Assembly (NCBI GenBank): GCA_965205215.1
Contig: OZ242041.1
Location: 128,001 to 192,000, forward strand
Reading direction: 5' to 3'
Source of the DNA: Nitrosopumilus sp.
GTDB taxonomy: Archaea; Thermoproteota; Nitrososphaeria; Nitrososphaerales; Nitrosopumilaceae
Length of the DNA: 64,000 nt
This document shows positions 39,846-50,690 of this stretch, piece by piece (position 1 is the stretch's first letter; each line of letters begins with the position of its first letter). A program made the position numbers and the translations under genes. Below the pieces are notes generated by a model. That model searched no databases, was not told the DNA's origin, and saw only the letters and a list, made by a program, of their open reading frames with translations.

Positions 39846-40086
39846 CAGACAGTCGTTTGACAACACGGTGCCTCTGATCATAACTGACTCCACCAATAAT
39901 GAGTATAGTCGGCCGTGATCATAATCGGCACCGATACTGCAGACGGTACCCCGTCCAATAACATGGGACTCACGGCGTCACCGCAATAACGCATGCAGCC
40001 ACATCCGGCCCTGCGCGACGCCGGCGGGCACCACATGACATATTTTGAAGACGATGAGACGCGCAGTGATGCCAAGGGAGAGAAGG

Positions 40087-40557
40087 ATGGAGGTGTCGGC
40101 AAGCGTGATTGTGCATGCAACTGAGGATCCCAGAATAATCATAGGTGCCGCAAGCCAGATGCTGAGGATACAGGAGGGCGCATTTACCGGCACCGACACC
40201 ACCGGCCACTTTGGCAATCCGATATCGGTATATGATGCGAATGTTACGGGAGCGGACGCGGCGCTGTCTGTGCGGAGATTTGTCGGCATGCTGTCGGAAA
40301 AGGACGTGGACGCCTTGGCAGTCCAGATTCAGGAGAGGACGGTCGACTCGAGGCTACATCTCAGGATAGACAAGCAGGCTCTGATCAGGAACGGGCGCCT
40401 GGAGATAATCGGGCTGCATGGATCGGACGGACGCGAGGGGGAGGAAGAGGGGAACGGCGGCAGCAAAGACGCCATAAAGATAAAGATTCACACCCCCATA
40501 TACAGCAAAAAGGACGCCGTGCCCACGTTTGTAGAGATACTACGAGGCAGTGCATAA
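40087..40557 (+). CDS. DUF54/UPF0201 RNA-binding domain protein
   Basis: IVHATED, GHFGNPI, LRIDKQ motifs. Confidence 0.82.
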   Translation: MEVSASVIVHATEDPRIIIGAASQMLRIQEGAFTGTDTTGHFGNPISVYDANVTGADAALSVRRFVGMLSEKDVDALAVQIQERTVDSRLHLRIDKQALIRNGRLEIIGLHGSDGREGEEEGNGGSKDAIKIKIHTPIYSKKDAVPTFVEILRGSA

Positions 40558-41406
40558 TGAAGATTTACGGCGTGAACTCTGTTTGTATGAGATGTTCAAA
40601 CAACAAATGAACACACCGATTCTTGCTCACGGAGGGGGTATTTAACACTAAGCAGCGCTGAGTGTTCCTGCAAAGGCGGGAGACTGACCCGACATCCTTC
40701 CAGGCCCAGCGGCACTGCACGCGCGCAGAGTCTGGGCACAGATTAAATACCAAATGCGGCACAGGCAGCCAGGGAATGAGGAGATAACAGCCGCTCCAGT
40801 CCGAGCCCAGAGGCAGTGAGGATCCCGCGACGAACCGACCCTTTACCATCAGACAGAGCAGCCGGTATGGGACAAGATGCTCACAGGGGCGGCAAGCGCA
40901 GGATGGCAGATTATGCGCCGCACGGCTCCGGCGACGCGGCTGCCGGCTAGCCGGTTCGGTCCAATAGAGGCCATACACAGGCGCAGGTGATAACCACTTC
41001 GCATAAAGTCTGTTACAATACCCTCACGTTCCTGTCCTGCACGGGAATTTTTTGCCGCGATTGAAAGGCACGAGGATTCACGGACTGCCGGACGCGGCGT
41101 TCGGCAAGATCGGATTCGACGATTGGGACGACGCATTGCTCTCGACTCCAGCGGCGCGCATCCGCCTCCCACCGTCGTTATGCGGTGTCGCCCTTCCAGG
41201 ATCTGATCCCCCTCGAATCTGGATCGCCGGTTCCTGCTCTAGTCGGCAAGTCAGGGGGAACGTGGTTATAACAGTACAGAAACGAACAATTTTCTTGATC
41301 CGGTGATTGAATCATCTGGCCGCGACCACGCAACAACCAGCGGAAACGGCTTCTTAGAAACGGGCGGCCGCATTTTGGGCTTGGGGTACATAGGCAGCCG
41401 CAAAGA

Positions 41407-41820
41407 TCAGATTCTTGGTTTCACGTAATCGTGCTCATAACAGGTCAATTCGAGCTTGTTTCCATCAGGATCATCAAAGTAGATTGAATATGACAGATCG
41501 TGATCTACCAGGTCATTATTGGTTACTCTACGTTTTAGAGAATATACCTTTTCCTCGTCCAAGCTGCTTATGAAACTCACGAAATTCTCGCCGGACGCGC
41601 TAAATGCCATTCTGTTGACGGAGCCGTCATTGTCTTTTGTACCGTTAATCAAGGCAAGCTTTACCGTTCTGTCCTTATTTCCAATAAACAAGGGACCGGT
41701 CTTTGCCCATGCGCCAAATTCCTGAATCGGGCTCAGTCCGAAAATTTTTTCATACCACTGAGCAGCCTTGATCCGATCCCTTACGAATATCTCAATATGG
41801 TCGATGTCGCTAATTTTCAT
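41407..41820 (-). CDS. VOC/glyoxalase family protein (AT-richer than neighbours)
   Basis: IDHIEIFVRD..KAAQWY...FG, SIYFDDPDGNKLEL. Confidence 0.88.
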   Translation of the reverse strand: MKISDIDHIEIFVRDRIKAAQWYEKIFGLSPIQEFGAWAKTGPLFIGNKDRTVKLALINGTKDNDGSVNRMAFSASGENFVSFISSLDEEKVYSLKRRVTNNDLVDHDLSYSIYFDDPDGNKLELTCYEHDYVKPRI

Positions 41821-42311
41821 ATTCGACGGTGGCGAATGCGTGGTTCAAATTAATAAACGTAGCCACTTGCAGCATGTATGCACTCAGATCCATTGAAGAT
41901 CCATGCCTATTTGTCAGCATTTTGAAATGTCACAGGCATGGACCTGAGTGCATACCACAGCATCTAACATCTTGGAGGGTTGAACCACATCCGGCAAATT
42001 GTCAAGGAAGTGGTGGGGAGCGGGCATCCTCCTCCCCAACGTACGCTGTAGACGAATGCGCCGCGTCTGGGCAAAAGTCGCGTATGCACCGCCAAACATG
42101 CCACAATCACGCCAAAATGTGCCGGGCCGAGACACGACAGATGCGCCTAAAATCCGCAAATTGAGGGATAAATCTGCAAGATTGGACAGCGCCACGCGTA
42201 TGCACTCAGGTCCCTTGAAGATTCGTGCCTATTTCTCAGTATTTTGCAAATTCACAGGCACGGACGTGAGTCCATACCGCCACGCCCCTGCATGATTTTA
42301 AATACGGATAG

Positions 42312-43793
42312 GTGCACCCGGACGTATTGGCAGACGCATACGACGTGATAGTCGCAGGGGGAGGCCTGGCAGGCACGATAGCAGCCCAGTCCGTATCCCA
42401 CTACACCAACCAGAACGCAAGCATACTCGTGATAGACCGCAACCCCCAGCACAGGCCGGGCAGGAAGTCCCTGGCCGGATGGGTGTGCGGGGACGCGTGC
42501 TCAAAGGAGGCAGTCGACTACATGACGGAGCACATAGGAATCAGCTGGACCAGGCCCGAGATCGAGCACGACGTCAAGGGGGTGATGGCGTTCTCGCCGG
42601 ACAGGGAGACGTCCATACCGTTTGACGGGGACGGATACATGCTAAACAGGCAGAAGCTTCCGGAGGTTCAGAACGCAAGGTGCCAAAAGGCCGGCATAGA
42701 GTTTGACTACGAGATCAACCTCACCGGGCTGGAATACGAGAACGGCAACGGCCAAGTAGTCGGGGTCAAGGGCATCGACAACAAGACCGGCCAGCCGTAC
42801 TCAAAGTCGTCCAAGGTGGTGGTCGACGCGACCGGCGTCACGTCGATGCTCCGCAACGGGATAAAGAACACCACGAAGGTGGAGAGGAGGATAGACAGGC
42901 GCGACCTGGAGTCCACCGGCAGGTACATCATGTACTTTGAAAAGGCAGAGGAGGACCTGTCCGACTTTGATCCGGACTACTGCATCATACACCTCGACCA
43001 GGACATAGCGCCCGGAGGGTACGGTTGGGTCTTTCCAAAGGGGGACGACAAGGTAAACATAGGACTGGGCGTGGAAAAGTCGCTGCTCAAAAGGAGAAAC
43101 GAGAGGCTCGGCAAGCGCGACAACGTCGAATCCCTGATGTCCGAATACCTGAACAGAAACAGGGCGATAGCAAACCCAAGGCTGTCGACGGACCTGGAGG
43201 ACGAGCACAACAACTCCGGGATATTCCAGGTGTCGGTAAGGCGCCAGAACGACTGCATGGTGTCCGGGGGATACCTCCTTGTCGGGGACTCGGCGTGGAT
43301 GCCAAAGCCGATTGACGCGGGCGGAATAGGGCCCGCCCTGATTGCCGGCACGATACTGGGCAGGTGCGTCGCGACGGCGCTGGAGGCCCAGGACTTCACG
43401 GAGAGAGGGCTGTGGCAGTACAACCTCGACTTTATAGAGGAGTACGGCTACAAGACGGCCGGGCTGGAGCTCTTCCGCAGGCTTGTCCAGCAGATGACAA
43501 ACGAGCAGATCAGTTACGGCATGAAGCACTTCCTGGGCAACATGGACGTGGAGTCGATAAGCAAGGGGGAGCACCCAGATTTTTCCGGGCTGGGCAAGCT
43601 GAGCATGATAATCAGGGGCGCCATGAACAAGACCGTGGCGGACGGCCTCCGGTACACCTCAAAGGAGAACCAGTGGCTCGTGGACCACTACAGGAACTAC
43701 CCAAGCGAGCCGTCGGGCTTTGACGCGTGGAACAGGGAGCTGCACGACAGGATGGACGGCGCCTTTGCAAAGGTGGCCGCCTTTGGCAGCTGA
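42312..43793 (+). CDS. geranylgeranyl reductase family FAD oxidoreductase
   Basis: YDVIVAGGGLAG, VCGDA, GGYGWVFPK, VGDSA...PIDAGGI. Confidence 0.88.
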   Translation: MHPDVLADAYDVIVAGGGLAGTIAAQSVSHYTNQNASILVIDRNPQHRPGRKSLAGWVCGDACSKEAVDYMTEHIGISWTRPEIEHDVKGVMAFSPDRETSIPFDGDGYMLNRQKLPEVQNARCQKAGIEFDYEINLTGLEYENGNGQVVGVKGIDNKTGQPYSKSSKVVVDATGVTSMLRNGIKNTTKVERRIDRRDLESTGRYIMYFEKAEEDLSDFDPDYCIIHLDQDIAPGGYGWVFPKGDDKVNIGLGVEKSLLKRRNERLGKRDNVESLMSEYLNRNRAIANPRLSTDLEDEHNNSGIFQVSVRRQNDCMVSGGYLLVGDSAWMPKPIDAGGIGPALIAGTILGRCVATALEAQDFTERGLWQYNLDFIEEYGYKTAGLELFRRLVQQMTNEQISYGMKHFLGNMDVESISKGEHPDFSGLGKLSMIIRGAMNKTVADGLRYTSKENQWLVDHYRNYPSEPSGFDAWNRELHDRMDGAFAKVAAFGS

Positions 43794-43943
43794 CGGGGCG
43801 CCTGCTGGCAGAACCCACAGGCGGCCGCAATACCGACGACGGTATGATGGTGCGGTATGACGATGATGACGATGATGATGCCGCCACCGACGCTGCGCAT
43901 CGTTATCATCTAGTTAAAATATCGCACGCGCGCATCAGCATCA

Positions 43944-44888
43944 GTGTCAACCGGAGAGTCGCACCAAGTATCGTCACCGTCACCAGAAACGCCACCACAA
44001 AATGAACCGCCTGTCACGCCGGACGGTCTGTCCAAAAATACGGCGACGGCGCCGCCATACCTGGACTGGAACGGCTCGCTTGAGATACTGCGCAACGCGT
44101 ACGAGTCCGGACTCTTCGTACTCGTGATAGGCCCAAAGGGCACGGGCAAGACCTCGCTCGTAAGGGAGTTTGCGCGCATCACCGGGGAGAGGACGGGCAG
44201 GGAGAACAGCGGCCTCGAGTCGATCAACTTTAGCCTCAGGACGCGCGAGAGCCACCTTGTAGGCTCAAAGACGCTCAGCGGGGGCGACGTCTCCTTCGAG
44301 GAGGGGATACTCGTGCGGTCCATGAGGGGCGGGGGCATTCTATACCTAGACGAGATAAACGCGGCCGAGGCCGACGTGCTGTTGAGGCTCGACGAGGCCC
44401 TCGACGACAGGCGCCAGCTCGTGCTAAAGGAGTCGTCTGCAATGGAGGTGGTGCGGGCGGACAGCGGCTGGTTCGTGGTCGCAACGATAAACCCGCTTAC
44501 GCACAGCGGCACAAAGGAGCTGCCGCCCCAGCTCCTGAGCAGGTTCCCAGTAAGGATAAAGCTAGAGTACCCGCCCGAGGACGTGGAGATTGAGATCGTA
44601 AGGGCGCACTTTGGGGACAGCCGCTACGACGAGGGGCACAGGGAGGACATCATGCAGGCCGTGAAGCTTGCCAACACGCTGCGGCAGGCGGCCGCCGTGG
44701 AGGAGCTGTTCTACTCGCCAAGCATCAGGGAGACCATCGCGTTTGCAAAACTGCTTGGGAGGGGCGTGCCGGCAAGAAAGGCGGCCGACTGGGTGTTCGG
44801 GAACGTGTACGCGCAGTGGGGCCAGATAGAGCACCAGAAGGTGAGCGACGTGATAACCTCGATGTTCGGGGAGCGGGCGGCGGCATGA
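43944..44888 (+). CDS. CbbQ/NirQ/NorQ-type AAA+ ATPase
   Basis: GPKGTGKT, LYLDEIN, ATINP, LLSRF, SPSIRE. Confidence 0.9.
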   Translation: MSTGESHQVSSPSPETPPQNEPPVTPDGLSKNTATAPPYLDWNGSLEILRNAYESGLFVLVIGPKGTGKTSLVREFARITGERTGRENSGLESINFSLRTRESHLVGSKTLSGGDVSFEEGILVRSMRGGGILYLDEINAAEADVLLRLDEALDDRRQLVLKESSAMEVVRADSGWFVVATINPLTHSGTKELPPQLLSRFPVRIKLEYPPEDVEIEIVRAHFGDSRYDEGHREDIMQAVKLANTLRQAAAVEELFYSPSIRETIAFAKLLGRGVPARKAADWVFGNVYAQWGQIEHQKVSDVITSMFGERAAA

Positions 44889-44922
44889 GCGACGGCACCG
44901 GCACCGGCGATACCGGCCGCAG

Positions 44923-46560
44923 GTGATTGCCGTGGACGCGCATCCTGCCGCAACCCCGGGAATCGCGCGCGGGGCGCGGCGGCAGATCAAGATCTCGGCC
45001 GAGTCGCTGATGGAGATAGCCACATTCCTTGCAAGAAGGTGGTCGGAGAACGACTCCATGACAGTCCAGATCCCAGAACGCATGTCGGAGACCAAGACCA
45101 GGCTGTCCGACAACCTCATAGTGATAGCTCCGCCCGGGAGGCGCACCGGCGACGGGTTCCAGCGGTACAGGCAGTTCCGCACGGCTCTGTGGTACGAGTC
45201 CACAAGGGCCCTGCACTGCACCAAGATTCTCAGCAACGACCACGCGTTCGGGTTCATACTCAACGCGATGGAGACGTGCCGGATAGAGCACATGGGCCGA
45301 AAGGTGTGGCGCGGCATGGACGACGAGATTGTCATGTACCACGCCCACATGCTGGTGGAGAGGCCCCAGCTGCACGAGGTGTACGGAAGGGCCCGCATAG
45401 TCGAGGCGTTCTACCAGCAGCTGCTGTTCGGGGCCGTAAAGGGCGAGTTACAGGCAAGCCATGCCGAGCGCGTCGCGAGGGCTGCCGAGTTTGCAAGGGG
45501 CGTGATATCAGAGGCGGTATCAGAGGGCAGGGGCACGGACTGGGTAGAGGGGCACACGAGCCGCATCATAAAGATGCTGGACATAGACTCGCTCATGACA
45601 ATACCGGTCTCCCTGCCGTTCATGAGGGCCGGCATGGCGCTCGACGAGAAGGAGATGCTAAAGGTGCTAAAGGTGGTCCTGCAGCACGACAAAAGGTCGG
45701 GGCTCGCGGAGAACGCAAGGGACGCCTCGTCCATACTGCGCGGCTCGGAGGACATACACGGCGAGTATACCATGCTGCTTGAGGAGAACCAGCGGGCCGA
45801 GAACAAGGGGCTTGCGTCTGAGCCCATCGGAATCCAGACCCCGGCGGGCGCAGAGGGCGCCGACGAGTCGGCCATATACGACGCCGCCCTGATAAACGGG
45901 CTCAAGGCAAAGTTCAAGGAGTGGAAGAGCGGATGGAGCGAGACGCACGTCGCGTCGGCGGGGGAGGAGTTTGACGGGGAGAGCTACATCGAGGGGCACG
46001 ATCCGTTCGTCACGGACGTGAAAAAGTCGATAAAGACCAGGATCACCATACTGCTCGACCACTCGTCCTCGATCGCGTCGGACGCCAGAGAGTACAAAAA
46101 GGCGACCCTGGCGCTCTGCGAGGTGCTCTCGTTTCTGAGGGTGTCGTTCTCCGTCTACGCGTTCAGCACGCAGGAGAGATCCGTCGTATGCTGGTCCATA
46201 AAGCCGGAGGCCGCAAAGTGGAACACCTCCGCGGCAAAGAGGCTCGCAAGGATAGTCGCAAACGGCTCGACCCCGCTTGCAGAGGTGTACGACAAGATGT
46301 ACCCCATACTCCAGGCAAGGAGGCCTGACATATTCCTGACGCTGACTGACGGGGAGCCGTCTGACCCCGACGCGGTCAGGGAGATGATAACGGGGCTGAA
46401 GGGACTGGGCACGGGCATGGTGGCGCTGGGCCTGGGCCCCAACATCACAAGGGCCACCGCGATTGCAAGCAACCTGAGGCGGCTCGGATACGAAAGGACG
46501 GTGGCCGTAAGCAGGCTGGCCGACATACCAAACAAGGTGATGGGGATACTGGAGGCGTGA
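44923..46560 (+). CDS. vWA (MIDAS) domain protein, CbbO/NorD-like partner
   Basis: LLDHSSS MIDAS, GSTPL, LTDGEP; cotranscribed with AAA+ gene. Confidence 0.88.
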   Translation: MIAVDAHPAATPGIARGARRQIKISAESLMEIATFLARRWSENDSMTVQIPERMSETKTRLSDNLIVIAPPGRRTGDGFQRYRQFRTALWYESTRALHCTKILSNDHAFGFILNAMETCRIEHMGRKVWRGMDDEIVMYHAHMLVERPQLHEVYGRARIVEAFYQQLLFGAVKGELQASHAERVARAAEFARGVISEAVSEGRGTDWVEGHTSRIIKMLDIDSLMTIPVSLPFMRAGMALDEKEMLKVLKVVLQHDKRSGLAENARDASSILRGSEDIHGEYTMLLEENQRAENKGLASEPIGIQTPAGAEGADESAIYDAALINGLKAKFKEWKSGWSETHVASAGEEFDGESYIEGHDPFVTDVKKSIKTRITILLDHSSSIASDAREYKKATLALCEVLSFLRVSFSVYAFSTQERSVVCWSIKPEAAKWNTSAAKRLARIVANGSTPLAEVYDKMYPILQARRPDIFLTLTDGEPSDPDAVREMITGLKGLGTGMVALGLGPNITRATAIASNLRRLGYERTVAVSRLADIPNKVMGILEA

Positions 46561-46636
46561 CTGTCCTTGCACGCGCGCACCGGCGGGCGGGCCGCCGATC
46601 TTACATTTTATAAGAGTATGATGGAAACATTCCAGC

Positions 46637-48223
46637 ATGGACGCAGACGGGCCCCCCCTGCTAGAGCGCTTTGAGCGCGAGATATGGTCCAAGGTGCCGC
46701 ACCTTGAGCGCGGTGGGGACGGCGGCCAGGGCGCCACGACGGTGGTCGGCGCCACGCCCCTGGTAGACATCACAGAGCACCTCAGGGAGTGCGCCAGGGC
46801 CGCATACAGGACGGACCTGCCAAGCCCCGACCTGCGCGTCATGGGCAAGCTAGAGTCCGAGCTCCTGACGGGCTCCATAAAGGTGAGGCCGGCGGTCCAC
46901 ATCATACACGATGCGATAAAAAGCGGCAAGCTGAGGGACGGCCAGGCCGTAATAGAGGCCACGTCCGGCAACTTTGGGATAGCGCTGGGACTGCTTGCAA
47001 GGCTGGGCCTAAAGGTGGTGGCCCTCGTCTCAAGAAGGCTCCAGGAGGGCGTGTTTGCAGAGCTTCGAAGCGAGGGAGTCCACATAATCGACCTCGACAT
47101 GGACGTCTGCCCCGCGCCCGGCATGAAGGGAAACAAGGACGAGATTGCCGCAAGGGCGGCGGCCGCGAACATACGGGCGCAGATGCTCAATCTGGGATTT
47201 CCGACAGGGCCGTTTGATGACAACATGGCCGGGATACTGGAGCTGCTGCAGGCCCAGGACATCATAAACCTGGCAAAGCTTCTTGCAAGGGCGTACGGGT
47301 GCTTTTGCCCCGCCCAGTATGACAACAGCCTCAACCCCGAGGCGCACCGCACCGTTACGGCGGTGGAGACGGACCAGCAGCTTGCCGCAGAGGGCGGGTC
47401 GCTTGACGGGTACCGCATAGTCTGCACGTTCGGCACGGGCGGCACCTCCTCCGGATTCAACGAGTACATGAATGACAGGTACGGCCAAAAGGCCGTGCAC
47501 GTGGTCTTCCCCCCCGTGGGACAGGACGTGGCGGGCATCAGGACGCAGGCCACGGCCGACGGGCTGTCGATGTACAGGCCCGACTCGTACGAGGGCCAGC
47601 ACATAATAGACTTTGAAAAGGCAAGGCCGCTGCACCGCTTCTTTGTAAAGCAGAAGGGGCTTGACATGGGAGAGAGTTCGGCGCTCGCGCTGTACGCGGC
47701 GATGCAGATGTCCATAGACGGCAAGGCGCAGAAATTCGTGGTGATAATAGCAGACGGCGTCGCCAAGTACCGCAAGGCAATGGAAGAGGCAGAAAGGAGG
47801 GAAAAGCAGGGGAAGGAGGGACGCATCCAGGTCTCGCTTGAGGACGCGGCCCAGTCTGCCGACGACTATGACAGGATAGTGTGGGTCCACCCACAGTATA
47901 CGCCGCGCGAGGAGGGCCTCGAGGTGATTGCAAAGTCGCTGGGCGTATCCAAGGACAAGATAACCGTGCAAAAGGCGAGCACCGTGGGACAGCTGCTCAC
48001 AGACAGAAAGGTCCCGGAGGAGATGAGCCGCGACCTGCAGCACGATAATAGTGAAAAGGGCAAGTGCCTGCTGATCTGCATGGCCGGAAACACCTCGCTG
48101 ATGGCCACAAAGGTGCTTGTGGGAAACGGCATAGCCGCAGAAAGCCTCAACGGGGGGATAACCGGCCTGCCGGAGAGCATGATGATGAGCCCGGGCCAGC
48201 TTGTAAAGCCGGCAACCGACTAG
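46637..48223 (+). CDS. PLP-dependent cysteine synthase-family enzyme with C-terminal rhodanese-like domain
   Basis: TGSIKVR (PLP Lys), EATSGNFG, QYDN..N, GTGGT; tail LLICMAGNTS...SLNGGI. Confidence 0.82.
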   Translation: MDADGPPLLERFEREIWSKVPHLERGGDGGQGATTVVGATPLVDITEHLRECARAAYRTDLPSPDLRVMGKLESELLTGSIKVRPAVHIIHDAIKSGKLRDGQAVIEATSGNFGIALGLLARLGLKVVALVSRRLQEGVFAELRSEGVHIIDLDMDVCPAPGMKGNKDEIAARAAAANIRAQMLNLGFPTGPFDDNMAGILELLQAQDIINLAKLLARAYGCFCPAQYDNSLNPEAHRTVTAVETDQQLAAEGGSLDGYRIVCTFGTGGTSSGFNEYMNDRYGQKAVHVVFPPVGQDVAGIRTQATADGLSMYRPDSYEGQHIIDFEKARPLHRFFVKQKGLDMGESSALALYAAMQMSIDGKAQKFVVIIADGVAKYRKAMEEAERREKQGKEGRIQVSLEDAAQSADDYDRIVWVHPQYTPREEGLEVIAKSLGVSKDKITVQKASTVGQLLTDRKVPEEMSRDLQHDNSEKGKCLLICMAGNTSLMATKVLVGNGIAAESLNGGITGLPESMMMSPGQLVKPATD

Positions 48224-48312
48224 GGCCGCGCCAAACGCCGTGTCGGCCCGCACACAGCCAACACCGCAACCGCCGGCGCCATGATTATATGCATACCACC
48301 GCTTACACGGCC

Positions 48313-48786
48313 ATGAAGTGCCTGTCAGTCTGCCAGCCCTTTGCGGACCTCATCGTACGCGGCAAGAAGACAGTCGAGCTGCGCGGCTGGAACACCAGAT
48401 TCCGCGGCGAGTTCCTGGTGCACTCCCCGCAAAGGGTGCGCATCCCAGACTGCAGGAGGCTCGGCATGAGGCCGGACTCGCTGGCGACGGGCGCAATCAT
48501 AGGCAAGGCGACGATCTACGACGTCACGAGATACGAGACCGCGGCAGAACTGAGGAGGGACCGAGCCAGACACCATGCCGCAGTGACGGGGCCAGAACTC
48601 GGGAGGGGTCACAGGTACGGGTTCCTGCTGGAGTCTCCAAAGGCGTTTAGGATACCGATCCCGTACAAGGGAGGCCTCGGGTTCTTTGACGCCAGGCTGC
48701 CGGACATGACAGGAAGTCCCGACGGCACGGCGCTTGCAGAGATAATCGACGAGGAGCACCGCTACCGCCTGGTGGGGCACCACTGA
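48313..48786 (+). CDS. ASCH domain protein
   Basis: LSVCQPFADLIVRGKKTVELRGW..RG..LVH. Confidence 0.88.
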   Translation: MKCLSVCQPFADLIVRGKKTVELRGWNTRFRGEFLVHSPQRVRIPDCRRLGMRPDSLATGAIIGKATIYDVTRYETAAELRRDRARHHAAVTGPELGRGHRYGFLLESPKAFRIPIPYKGGLGFFDARLPDMTGSPDGTALAEIIDEEHRYRLVGHH

Positions 48787-48867
48787 GCGGCGCCAGAAGG
48801 CAGGGATGCGCAATACGCGCCGCGGGCAAAATGTCTAGTATATATATGAGGCTTAAAAAGGCTTTTT

Positions 48868-49431
48868 GTGCCCCAGACAAAGCCTGTCGTGAGCGTAGAG
48901 AACGTCGTGGCCTCGGCATCAGTCGACCAGAAGATCGATCTCAACGAGATTACGAAGAAGTTTCCTGACACCGAGTACCATCCAGAACAGTTCCCCGGGC
49001 TGGTATTCAGGCTCAACAACCCGCGCACGGCCACGCTGATATTCAGGACGGGCAAGATGGTCTGCACCGGGGCAAAGTCAGAGGAGATGTCCATAAAGGC
49101 GGTCAACACGGTGGTGCAGAGGCTCCGGAGGGGCAAGATCAAGATAAAGAAGGACGCCGTCATAACCGTGCAGAACATAGTGGCGGCAATCAACCTCGGC
49201 GGCAAGATCCACCTGGAAAAGGCCGCAAGGACGCTGCCGCGCAGCATGTACGAGCCGGAGCAGTTCCCAGGACTCATACACCGCATGCTGGATCCCAAGA
49301 CCGTGATACTGCTGTTTGCATCAGGCAAGCTGGTCTGCACCGGGGCCAAAAAGGAGACCGACGTGTACCGGTCGGTGCACAACCTGCACGCGCTGCTTGA
49401 GGAAAAAAACCTGATGATATACGAGCAGTAA
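48868..49431 (+). CDS. tbp: TATA-box binding protein
   Basis: Two repeats of NVVA...Y.PEQFPGL..R......LIF.SGK.VCTGAK. Confidence 0.97.
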   Translation: MPQTKPVVSVENVVASASVDQKIDLNEITKKFPDTEYHPEQFPGLVFRLNNPRTATLIFRTGKMVCTGAKSEEMSIKAVNTVVQRLRRGKIKIKKDAVITVQNIVAAINLGGKIHLEKAARTLPRSMYEPEQFPGLIHRMLDPKTVILLFASGKLVCTGAKKETDVYRSVHNLHALLEEKNLMIYEQ

Positions 49432-49547
49432 CGTCATAGTAACGGGTGCCACAATGGACTACGCGGATTGCAACAGGAGCCATGCGCGCATCGCACAAAT
49501 GAAAGAGGGTCTGCGGCGCCGCGTCTCTTTGGAGGGGGCGGCCTGCG

Positions 49548-49790
49548 ATGGGGCCTGACGGCAGCGGCCCGGATCAAGTCCGGCTGCAAAGGCAGCGCGA
49601 AAAGCTCACACCGAACTCCGGGTTCTGCCTTGTTGGGATCGACCGGCTGGCAGACGTCAGGGGCGAGCTGTACGAGATAAGGCGTTATGACAGATATCAG
49701 GACGCGCTGGACGCCAAGAATTCCCGGGACAGTCCGGAGGAGTACTACGTACTGTACAGGGACGCAGAGGGCAACTGCTGCCACAGATAA
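49548..49790 (+). CDS. small hypothetical protein
   Basis: 80-aa ORF with coding-like codon usage. Confidence 0.5.
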   Translation: MGPDGSGPDQVRLQRQREKLTPNSGFCLVGIDRLADVRGELYEIRRYDRYQDALDAKNSRDSPEEYYVLYRDAEGNCCHR

Positions 49791-49826
49791 ACGCGGACAG
49801 TTTGCGGGCGCATCCTGGTGGTACGG

Positions 49827-50690
49827 TTAGTTTGCAAGCCTGAACTCCGACTCGGCCTCATCCACACCGTTGTCGGCGCGGACAACAAAGGTTCCGGACT
49901 CGGCCCAGCCGCCGCTTATGCCGGCTATGGTAAGCGTAGAGTATGTACCGTCCCCGCTTACCCGGACCGACTCACGCCAAACTACGGAGTCTGACGGGTT
50001 CTCAATCGAGAGGCTGACGTGTCCGTCTTCACCCGACCACCCGCTGAGAGATATTAGATCCCCCCCGGCGTAGCTTTCAAGATCCGTCCTTATGGAGAAC
50101 TCCCCGGGCGTCGGAGGATCCACGGTGACGCCGTTCCCGGCTGTAACACCCCCAGGGCCGCCGCCATTATCAGATGTCATGAGCGCGGCCGCGGCGGCTG
50201 CAACTATCGCAACGATTATGACTCCCGCCAAAATGGCGACGATCTTGCCCTTGGGGCCGCCGGTCTTTCTGGTAGTGGAGTGTATGAGCCGCACGGATTC
50301 GCCGCCTTCGTCCGGGCCACGGTCCTGCTGCTGTTGCCGCTCATAATGACCACGATGATCACGGTGGCGCGGATCCGGCGGTGGGGGCGATGTATGCGTC
50401 CCGTATGCGCCAGGAGCGCCCTCCGCCTGGGCTCTTGCCTTCTCCGGCAGTATGACGTCTGGAGACACGCCCTTGTCGGGCGCCGGGCTCGAGGCGTCCT
50501 CCAGCGGGTTCGTCCTCAGATAGCGCTCCGTCAGATCACGCACGTATTTTCTCTCATAGTTGCTGATGACCTCGCCGTTCTTGCACGCCCGGTAGATGTC
50601 CTTGAGGATTCTGTCGTCCCCAAAATCACCATCAAGCAGCTTCTTTATGTCGTCAATCATAGCCTCGGCCATCAGTCTCCTATCAGACAC
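49827..50690 (-). CDS. single-TM hypothetical protein with C-terminal Ig-like domain
   Basis: N-terminal GD.RIL..I.R......VISNYE..Y motif, central TM, TD..SY..GD.I.LSG. Confidence 0.72.
   Translation of the reverse strand: MSDRRLMAEAMIDDIKKLLDGDFGDDRILKDIYRACKNGEVISNYERKYVRDLTERYLRTNPLEDASSPAPDKGVSPDVILPEKARAQAEGAPGAYGTHTSPPPPDPRHRDHRGHYERQQQQDRGPDEGGESVRLIHSTTRKTGGPKGKIVAILAGVIIVAIVAAAAAALMTSDNGGGPGGVTAGNGVTVDPPTPGEFSIRTDLESYAGGDLISLSGWSGEDGHVSLSIENPSDSVVWRESVRVSGDGTYSTLTIAGISGGWAESGTFVVRADNGVDEAESEFRLAN

Noticed and set aside
39846-40040. Possible C/D box sRNA after rps3ae
   Set aside because: A CTGA is present but no convincing C box or guide
45667-47826. Long antisense ORFs (719 aa here; also 3697-4863, 4599-5681, 47030-48253, 52594-53691, 59265-60314)
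   Set aside because: Shadow frames of real genes in high-GC DNA; no motifs
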